Assembly (NCBI GenBank): GCA_963716255.1
Contig: OY970303.1
Location: 6,176,001-6,240,000 of the forward strand
From: an uncultured Gemmatimonadales bacterium
GTDB taxonomy: Bacteria; Gemmatimonadota; Gemmatimonadetes; Longimicrobiales; Longimicrobiaceae
Direction: 5' to 3'
DNA: 64,000 nucleotides
Positions 40,293 to 47,472 of this stretch are shown in pieces. Each line of letters begins with the position of its first letter. The first letter of the stretch is position 1. Under the pieces are notes generated by a model. It saw only the letters and a program-made list of their open reading frames with translations. It was not told the DNA's origin and made no database searches. The position numbers and the translations under genes are program-made.

Positions 40293-41468
40293 TCAGTCCC
40301 TGGAAAGCGCCTGGTCCAAATCCGCGATCAGGTCCTCGACGTCCTCCACGCCGCACGACAGCCTCACCACGCCGTCGGACAGCTGCATCGCCTGGCGGCG
40401 GTCCGCGGGGACGGAGGCGTGGGTCATCATGGCCGGGTGGCCGATGAGGCTTTCCACGCCGCCCAGCGACTCGGCCAGGGCGAACAGGCGCGTGCTGTTC
40501 ACCAGCCGGCGGGCGTTCTCCAGCGACCCGGTCTCCACGGTGATCATCCCGGTGAACCCGCTCATCTGGCTGCGGGCCAGCTCGTGCTGCGGGTGCGAGG
40601 GCAGCCCCGGGTAGAAGACGCGCTCGATGCGGGGGTGCGCCTCCAGCCACTCGGCGATGCGCTGCCCGTTTCTGTTGTGGGCGGCCATGCGCAGGTGCAG
40701 CGTCTTGGTGCCGCGCAGCGCCAGCCAGCAGTCCCAGGGGCCGGGGACGGCGCCGGCGGCGTTCTGGAGGAAGCGGAGCTGCTCGTGGATCTCGTCGCTG
40801 GAGGTGAGCGCCAGCCCGCCCACCATGTCGGAGTGCCCGTTGATGTACTTGGTGGTGGAGTGGAGCACCAGGTCGGCCCCCAGCGTGAGCGGACGCTGGT
40901 TGTACGGGGAGGCGAAGGTGTTGTCCACGCTGAGCCAGGCCCCGGCCGCGTGGGCGATCTCCGCCGCGGCCGCGATGTCGGTGATGCGCATCATGGGGTT
41001 GGTGGGCGTTTCCACGTGCACCAGCCGGGTGTTGGGCCGGATGGCGGCGCGGATCTCGTCCAGGCTGGCGCTGTCCACGAAGGTGAACTCCAGCCCCATG
41101 CGGGCGATGACCTTGGAGAACAGCCGGAAGGTGCCGCCGTAGACGCCCTCGCCGCAGACCACGTGGTCGCCGGCGGAGAACATCTTGATCATGGTGTCGT
41201 GCGCGGCCAGGCCGGAGGCGAAGGCCAGGCCGTGGCCGGCCGCCTCGAGCGCGGCCACGTTCCCCTCCAGCGCCTCGCGGGTGGGGTTGTGGGTGCGGGC
41301 GTACTCGTAGCCCAGGTGCCGCCCCAGCTCGGGCTGCACGTAGGTGGAGGTCTGGAACACGGGGGTCATGATGGCCCCGGTGGTGGGCTCGGGGTGCTGT
41401 CCCGCGTGGATCGCAAGCGTGCCGAAGCCGAGCGTGGCGCCGGTGCCGGCGGTGTCGTGGTCGCTCAT
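40293..41468 (-). CDS. Cystathionine gamma-synthase/lyase (Cys/Met metabolism PLP enzyme)
   Basis: YARTHNPTR, ETPTNP, DNTFASP, HSTTKYINGHSD, AESLGGVESL. Confidence 0.92.
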   Translation of the reverse strand: MSDHDTAGTGATLGFGTLAIHAGQHPEPTTGAIMTPVFQTSTYVQPELGRHLGYEYARTHNPTREALEGNVAALEAAGHGLAFASGLAAHDTMIKMFSAGDHVVCGEGVYGGTFRLFSKVIARMGLEFTFVDSASLDEIRAAIRPNTRLVHVETPTNPMMRITDIAAAAEIAHAAGAWLSVDNTFASPYNQRPLTLGADLVLHSTTKYINGHSDMVGGLALTSSDEIHEQLRFLQNAAGAVPGPWDCWLALRGTKTLHLRMAAHNRNGQRIAEWLEAHPRIERVFYPGLPSHPQHELARSQMSGFTGMITVETGSLENARRLVNSTRLFALAESLGGVESLIGHPAMMTHASVPADRRQAMQLSDGVVRLSCGVEDVEDLIADLDQALSRD

Positions 41469-41588
41469 GGTGGGTCCTGGTCCGGGGTGGTCTGGAGCGG
41501 CCAAGATAGACCGGACGCGGACGGGGGGGCAAGCGGGCGGGGAGGGGAAGAGCCCGCCGCCGGGGGAGCCGGCGGCGGGGGGTGGATC

Positions 41589-42110
41589 TCAGGGACAGTC
41601 GGTCACGACCTGGCGCGCGGTCCAGCGGATGGGCAGGGAGGTGCGGGTGACGACCACCGCGTCGGCGGGGGCGGTGAGGGCCATGGTGACCCCGCACCGC
41701 GGCCCCGGCGAGCTTTCCACCACGGACGCGACCAGCTCGCCGCCCTCGGCGCGCACGGACTCGATGCGGATCGCGTAGCCCCCGGAGCGGCGCTGTCCCA
41801 GGGCGGCCACCAGCACCATCTCGCGGGCGAAGTCCACCTCCGGCGCGGCCCCCGGCGGCCCGGCTCGCGCGGTCAGGCGCGACCAGGCCTCGCGCCAGGC
41901 CGCCGCGTCGCGGACGGCCTGGCGGGCGGGCTCCTGGATCCCGCTGCCGCCGCGGAAGCCGCCCTGCACCTCTTCGGGGAAGCGCCGGAGCGCGATGGAC
42001 TCCTGGGGCATGGCCGTCCGGGTTTCGGGCGAGGCGGCGTCGGTCCGCGCCGCGGGCGTGGGCGTGCAGCCGGCCAGGGCGGCGGCGAGGCAGAGTACGA
42101 TCCGGATCAT
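41589..42110 (-). CDS. PrcB C-terminal-domain lipoprotein
   Basis: Lipobox LAGC; PEVDFAREMVLVAALGQRRSGGYAIRI; C..TMALTAP. Confidence 0.75.
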   Translation of the reverse strand: MIRIVLCLAAALAGCTPTPAARTDAASPETRTAMPQESIALRRFPEEVQGGFRGGSGIQEPARQAVRDAAAWREAWSRLTARAGPPGAAPEVDFAREMVLVAALGQRRSGGYAIRIESVRAEGGELVASVVESSPGPRCGVTMALTAPADAVVVTRTSLPIRWTARQVVTDCP

Positions 42111-42178
42111 GGGCTGCCTTCCGGCTGTGGGCGGCGCGCGGAGCGCGCCGCCCGGGTGGGGTGCGGCCGGGCGACGGC

Positions 42179-43420
42179 TCAGATGCGGGAGTACGCCAGC
42201 CGGTTGGGCGAGCCCGTGCCCAGGTTCTTCACCACGCCGGTGGTCGCGTTGTTCACGACGGCGCTCTTGACCGTGGCGGTGGTCGCGGTGGGGTTGCGGC
42301 CCAGGTAGTTGGCGGCGATTCCCGCCACGTGCGGGGACGCGAACGAGGTGCCGCTGTCCACCCGGTACGCGTAGTCGCTGGCGGTCCCCGCCGATTCGAT
42401 GTCGGCTCCGGGCGCGAACAGGTTGAGGCACGCGCCGTAGTTGGAGAACGCCGGGCGGGTGTCGGTGCGGTCCGTCGCCCCCACGGTGATGGTGCCCAGG
42501 GTGTGCCCGGGGGTGGTCCCGCATGCGTCCTTGGCCTCGTTGCCCGCCGCCACCGCGTACGTGACTCCGGCCTGGATGGAGGCGTAGATCGCCTGGTCCA
42601 GCTCGGGCACCTCGACGGAGAAGCCGAGGCTCATGTTCGCGACGGCCGGCTTCCTGTGGTTCCTGGTCACCCAGTTGACCGCCTCGATCGCGTCGTTGGA
42701 ATACACGGCGCCGCTGCACTGCGCGGCTCTCACGTCGTACAGCCGCGCCCGCTTGGCGACTCCGTACTCGATCCCGCCCACGATGGCGGCGACGAAGGTG
42801 CCGTGTCCGTTGCAGTCGCCTCCGGTGCCCAGCGAGTCGACGGCGTCGAAGCCGAAGAGCGCCCGCCCCCCGAAGTCGGAGTGGGTCCGCCGGATCCCCG
42901 AGTCGATGATGTACACGTTCACGTTGGGCGCCGAGTCGGTGTACACGTAGGTGTTGTTGAGCGGGAGCGCGCGCTGGTCGATGCGGTCCAGCCCCCAGTT
43001 GAAGGGATAGCTCTGCGTGCCGGCGATCCTTCCCCGGACCACGGGGTTCACGTACGCCACGTGCGGGTGGCGCCTCATCTTCTCGACCTGCTTGTCGGTC
43101 ATCCTGGCGGAGAAGCCCTTGATCCAGGACTCGTCCCACTGGTGCGAGGTGGCGATCCCGTGCGCGTTCCTGATCTGTGCCGTGACGGCCCGGGCGTTGG
43201 CGTCCAGTCGGTAGATCACGTTGTAGTGGCCGGGGACGATGACCGACGGGTCGTAGGTGGGCAGCTGAGCGGGCTCTCCCGCCTTGTCCTGCTGGACGGC
43301 GCCGGCCGCCGAAAGGCTGGGGGCCGCCGGGGACGCTGCGTCCGGCGACACCGGGTCGGGGGCGTCGCTGCAGGCGGCCAGCACGAGGCAGCACGCGGCG
43401 AGGGCAAGCTTGCGGATCAT
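42179..43420 (-). CDS. Subtilisin S8 (proteinase K/aqualysin-like) lipoprotein with I9 propeptide
   Basis: Lipobox LAAC, WGLDRIDQR, triad IIDSG / NGHGT / GTSFASP. Confidence 0.92.
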   Translation of the reverse strand: MIRKLALAACCLVLAACSDAPDPVSPDAASPAAPSLSAAGAVQQDKAGEPAQLPTYDPSVIVPGHYNVIYRLDANARAVTAQIRNAHGIATSHQWDESWIKGFSARMTDKQVEKMRRHPHVAYVNPVVRGRIAGTQSYPFNWGLDRIDQRALPLNNTYVYTDSAPNVNVYIIDSGIRRTHSDFGGRALFGFDAVDSLGTGGDCNGHGTFVAAIVGGIEYGVAKRARLYDVRAAQCSGAVYSNDAIEAVNWVTRNHRKPAVANMSLGFSVEVPELDQAIYASIQAGVTYAVAAGNEAKDACGTTPGHTLGTITVGATDRTDTRPAFSNYGACLNLFAPGADIESAGTASDYAYRVDSGTSFASPHVAGIAANYLGRNPTATTATVKSAVVNNATTGVVKNLGTGSPNRLAYSRI

Positions 43421-43730
43421 GAACGCACCTCCACTGGGGGACCACGGATTCCGCGCCCGCGCGGCACGGTCCCGGCGCCGGGACCGCCGTGCGGAGACGG
43501 GCGAGCACGGCACATGCTCGACGGGGAAACATGCGCAACAAACGCTCCAATCCACGTACCTCGGGAGTGAGAATCCCGGCCGGTGCGACGGATCGCCGAA
43601 GCGGAGAACCGTTCTTGCATGTCCGCCCGCTTCCGCCGTCCGTTTGCTTGCGGGCGGCGGGGTGCGGTTTCTACGTTTCCGCCGCCGCGAGGGGCGGGCT
43701 CTTCGGACAGCGAGAACTCAGGGAACATCC

Positions 43731-45101
43731 GTGATCGATACGTCGCAGCTCATGGTCAGCGTCTCCGGGGTGCGGGGACGGGTGGGGGAAGGGCTCACGC
43801 CGGAGGTGATCGGGCACTTCGCCGCGGCGTTCGGGGCGTACGCGCTGCGCCGCGGGCCGGGAAGGACGGTGGTGATCGGGAGGGATTCGCGCGTCTCCGG
43901 CCCGATGTTCGTGCGGGCGGCGACGGCGGCGCTCCAGTCGGTGGGGTGCGACGTGGTGGACGTGGGCATTTCGGCGACGCCGGGGGTGCAGCTGGCGGTG
44001 GAGGACCTGGGGGCGGCGGGCGGGCTGGCGGTGACGGCCAGCCACAACCCCATCGAGTGGAACGCGCTCAAGTTCATCGGCCCCACGGGGATGTTCCTGG
44101 ACGCGGAGGAGGGCGCGGAGATGCGGGCCTTCCTGGACGGGGAGATCCCCCGCGCGGGGTGGCGCGACCTGGGCGGCCGCACGGAGGACGAGGGCGCGGT
44201 GCAGCGCCACCTGGACCGGATCCTGGCGATTCCCTTCCTGGACGTGGAGCGGATCCGCGAGCGGCGCTTCCACGTGGCGCTGGACTGCGTGCGAGGGGCG
44301 GGGGGGACCATCTTCCCGCGGCTGCTGGAGGCGCTGGGGTGCCGGGTGGACGCCATCAACCTGGAAACGGACGGGCTGTTCCCGCGCGAGCCGGAGCCGG
44401 TGGCGGAGAACCTGGGCGAGCTGGAGGCGCTGGTGCGCCGCACGGGCGCGGTGGTGGGGCTGGCGACGGACCCGGACGTGGACCGGCTGTCGCTGGTGTC
44501 GGAGGAGGGGCGGGCGATCGGCGAGGACTACACGCTGGCGCTGGCTGCGAAGCTGGTGCTGGCGCACCGCCCGGGCCCGGTGGTGACGAACCTGTCCACC
44601 AGCCGTCTACTGGACGACGTGGCGGAGGCGGCGGGGGTGCCGCTGGTGCGCGCGGCGGTGGGTGAGATCAACGTGGCGCGCCGCATGCAAGCGGAGGGCG
44701 CCACCGTGGGCGGCGAGGGGAACGGGGGGGTGATCCTCCCGGACGTGCACCTGACGCGCGACGCGCCGGTGGCGGCCGCCCTGATCCTGCAGCTCCTGGC
44801 GGAGCAGGGCCGCCCCCTGAGCGCGCTGGCGGCGGAGATCGGCCGCTACGAGATCGTCAAGGAGAAGGTGGCGCGCCCCGCGCAGCCGCTGGACGCGGTG
44901 TACGACGCGCTCGCGGCGCGCTTTCCCGAGGCGGACGCCGACCGCCAGGACGGCCTGCGCCTGTCCTGGGCGGCGGAGCGCAAGTGGGCGCACCTGCGCC
45001 CCTCGGGCACGGAGCCCATCGTCCGCGTGATCTGCGAGGCGCCCACGCGCGCGGAAGCCGCCGCGCTCGTGGATGCGCTGCGCGCCGCGCTGCCGGGGTA
45101 A
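43731..45101 (+). CDS. glmM: Phosphoglucosamine mutase / phosphohexomutase
   Basis: TASHNP, DPDVDR, GGEGNGG, RPSGTEP; directly upstream of glmS. Confidence 0.85.
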   Translation: MIDTSQLMVSVSGVRGRVGEGLTPEVIGHFAAAFGAYALRRGPGRTVVIGRDSRVSGPMFVRAATAALQSVGCDVVDVGISATPGVQLAVEDLGAAGGLAVTASHNPIEWNALKFIGPTGMFLDAEEGAEMRAFLDGEIPRAGWRDLGGRTEDEGAVQRHLDRILAIPFLDVERIRERRFHVALDCVRGAGGTIFPRLLEALGCRVDAINLETDGLFPREPEPVAENLGELEALVRRTGAVVGLATDPDVDRLSLVSEEGRAIGEDYTLALAAKLVLAHRPGPVVTNLSTSRLLDDVAEAAGVPLVRAAVGEINVARRMQAEGATVGGEGNGGVILPDVHLTRDAPVAAALILQLLAEQGRPLSALAAEIGRYEIVKEKVARPAQPLDAVYDALAARFPEADADRQDGLRLSWAAERKWAHLRPSGTEPIVRVICEAPTRAEAAALVDALRAALPG

Positions 45102-45136
45102 CGGCAGGGAACAGCCTGCAAGCTGCGGAAGAGGGC

Positions 45137-45311
45137 GTTCGCTGTTTCGCAGTATCCATAAAAAGAGGTTCGGAGGGAGACTCGCGCGGGCAGTTTCGCG
45201 TGAGGCTCACTCCGGCGCAGGGAGACCCGGGGGCAGTTTCCCGGGGCTCCCGGAGCCCGTGGAGGAGACCGGCGGGGCAGTTTCCGCCGGGCTCCGGAGC
45301 GGCCCAAGGCC
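45137..45311. repeat. Structured repeat family B, copy 3 (inverted)
   Basis: Three tandem GAGAC-stem-GCAGTTT-stem-GGCTC hairpins. Confidence 0.8.
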
Positions 45312-45398
45312 CAGAACTCGAAGCACCGCATGCTGTTGGCCCGCCGGATGCAACAGCCCCACGGATCCACCCACACGAGACGCTGAGAAAGGACCCCC

Positions 45399-47252
45399 AT
45401 GTGCGGCATCGTCGGATACATCGGTGAGCAGCAGGTCGCCCCGCTCCTCCTGCAGGGCCTGAAGCGGCTGGAGTACCGCGGCTACGACTCGGCGGGCGTG
45501 GCGGTGGTGCGCAACGGCACCATCCAGGTGCGCAAGGAGGCGGGCAAGATCGTGGAGCTGGAGAAGCTGTTGAAGGAGGAGCCGGTGGAGGGGACGTACG
45601 GGATCGGCCACACGCGCTGGGCGACGCACGGCCCGCCCACGGAGCGCAACGCGCACCCGCACACCACGGAGAAGGGCGACTTCGCGCTGGTGCACAACGG
45701 GATCGTGGAGAACGCGGGGACGCTGCGGAAGCTGCTCCAGGAGCGCGGCCACGTGTTCAGCTCGGAAACGGACACGGAGGTCCTGGTGCACCTGATCGAG
45801 GAGGTGTACGACCAGGGCAAGGGGCGCTCGGGGGAGTCGCTGGAGCGCGCGGTGGAGGCGGCGCTGTCGCAGGTGGAGGGGACGTACGGGATCGCGGTGG
45901 TCTCCACGCGCGACCCCAACAAGATCGTGGTGGCGCGCCTGGGGAGCCCGCTCCTCATCGGGGTGGGCGACAACGGGCAGACGTACGTGGCCAGCGACGC
46001 GTCGGCGATCATCTCGCACACGCGCGACGTGATCTACCTGGACGACGGGGACATGGCCACCATCACCCGCAACGGGTACACGGTGCACCGCCCCACGCAG
46101 GGACCGGTGCAGCGCCCGGTGAGCCGGGTGGACTGGGACCTGGAGGAGGTGGAGCGCGGCGGGTACCCGCACTTCATGCTCAAGGAGATCGTGGAGCAGC
46201 CCAGCACGCTGCGCGAGACCATGCGCGGGCGCCTGCTGGCGGAGGAGGGCGGGGTGAAGCTGGGCGGCCTGACGGGGATGGACGAGGAGCTGCGCAGCAT
46301 CGAGCGGATCATCATCCTGGGGTGCGGCACGAGCTGGCACAGCGGCCTGATCGGCGAGTACATGCTGGAGGACATCGCCCGCATCCCCACGGAGGTGGAG
46401 TACGCGTCGGAGTTCCGCTACCGGCGCCCGGTGGTGGAGCCCAACACGCTGACCATCTCCATCTCGCAGTCGGGGGAGACGGCGGACACGCTCTGGGCGA
46501 TGCGCGAGGCCCGGCAGCAGGGGGCCACGACGCTGGGGATCGTGAACTCGGTGGGGTCCACCATCGCGCGCGAGACGGACGCGGGGGTGTACCTGCACGC
46601 GGGGCCGGAGATCGGGGTGGCGTCCACAAAGGCGTTCACCTCGCAGGTGGTGGTGCTGGCGATGATCACCGTGCACCTGGGGCGCCTGCGCGGCACGCTG
46701 ACGGCGTCGCGCGGCCGGGAGATCGTCCGCGCGCTCCAGCAGCTCCCGGAGCAGGTGGCGCAGATCCTGGAGATGGACGCGTCCATCCGCGACCTGGCGG
46801 AGGAGTACAAGGACAGCAAGAACTTCCTGTACCTGGGGCGCGGCTACAACTTCCCGGCGGCGCTGGAGGGGGCGCTGAAGCTCAAGGAGATCTCGTACAT
46901 CCACGCGGAGGGGTACCCGGCGGCGGAGATGAAGCACGGCCCCATCGCGCTGATCGACGAGAGCATGCCGGTGGTGGTGATCGCCCCGCGCGACGCGGTC
47001 TACGACAAGGTGCGCTCGAACATCGACGAGGTGAAGGCGCGCGGCGGGTGCATCATCGGGGTAGTCACGGAGGGCGACAGCGACCTGGAGGACGTGCTGG
47101 ACCACGTGATCCGGATCCCGCGCACGCACGACGCGCTGACGCCGATCCTGGCGAGCGTGCCGCTGCAGCTGCTGGCGTACCACATCGCGGTGCTGCGGGA
47201 GGCGAACGTGGACCAGCCTCGCAACCTGGCGAAGAGCGTCACGGTGGAGTAG
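45399..47252 (+). CDS. glmS: Glutamine-fructose-6-phosphate aminotransferase
   Basis: MCGIVG, GHTRWATHG, SQSGETADT, C-terminal PRNLAKSVTVE. Confidence 0.99.
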   Translation: MCGIVGYIGEQQVAPLLLQGLKRLEYRGYDSAGVAVVRNGTIQVRKEAGKIVELEKLLKEEPVEGTYGIGHTRWATHGPPTERNAHPHTTEKGDFALVHNGIVENAGTLRKLLQERGHVFSSETDTEVLVHLIEEVYDQGKGRSGESLERAVEAALSQVEGTYGIAVVSTRDPNKIVVARLGSPLLIGVGDNGQTYVASDASAIISHTRDVIYLDDGDMATITRNGYTVHRPTQGPVQRPVSRVDWDLEEVERGGYPHFMLKEIVEQPSTLRETMRGRLLAEEGGVKLGGLTGMDEELRSIERIIILGCGTSWHSGLIGEYMLEDIARIPTEVEYASEFRYRRPVVEPNTLTISISQSGETADTLWAMREARQQGATTLGIVNSVGSTIARETDAGVYLHAGPEIGVASTKAFTSQVVVLAMITVHLGRLRGTLTASRGREIVRALQQLPEQVAQILEMDASIRDLAEEYKDSKNFLYLGRGYNFPAALEGALKLKEISYIHAEGYPAAEMKHGPIALIDESMPVVVIAPRDAVYDKVRSNIDEVKARGGCIIGVVTEGDSDLEDVLDHVIRIPRTHDALTPILASVPLQLLAYHIAVLREANVDQPRNLAKSVTVE

Positions 47253-47277
47253 GCGACGCCTACCTGCAAACGACGGC

Positions 47278-47365
47278 TGTTGGTGAACAATAAAGTCGGG
47301 TAGTCGCAAATAAAGTCGGGTAGTGGGAAATAAAGTCGGGTAGTCGGCCATAAAGTCGGGAAGTG
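47278..47365 (+). repeat. Tn7-like transposon end with four TnsB-binding sites
   Basis: Starts TGT 25 bp after the glmS stop; ATAAAGTCGGG(T/A)AGT repeated four times at an exact 20-bp period; candidate 5-bp TSD ACGGC at 47273-47277. Confidence 0.9.
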
Positions 47366-47472
47366 AAAAGAGTCGGCGAGTCGCCTTTGGCGACGCTTCA
47401 GCCGCGAGGGTCAGGACGCAGTCCGTTGGGCCCTCGCGGCGAAGTTGTATGGTCCCCGATCCGGGAGGGCCA

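Noticed and set aside
45102..45398. glmS ribozyme upstream of glmS
   Set aside because: The structured sequence is a copy of repeat family B found elsewhere, and I could not recognise a glmS ribozyme core
47290..47365. 20-bp periodic repeats as a CRISPR array or iterons
   Set aside because: The variable parts are only about 5 nt, no cas or rep gene is present, and the position after TGT at glmS fits TnsB sites
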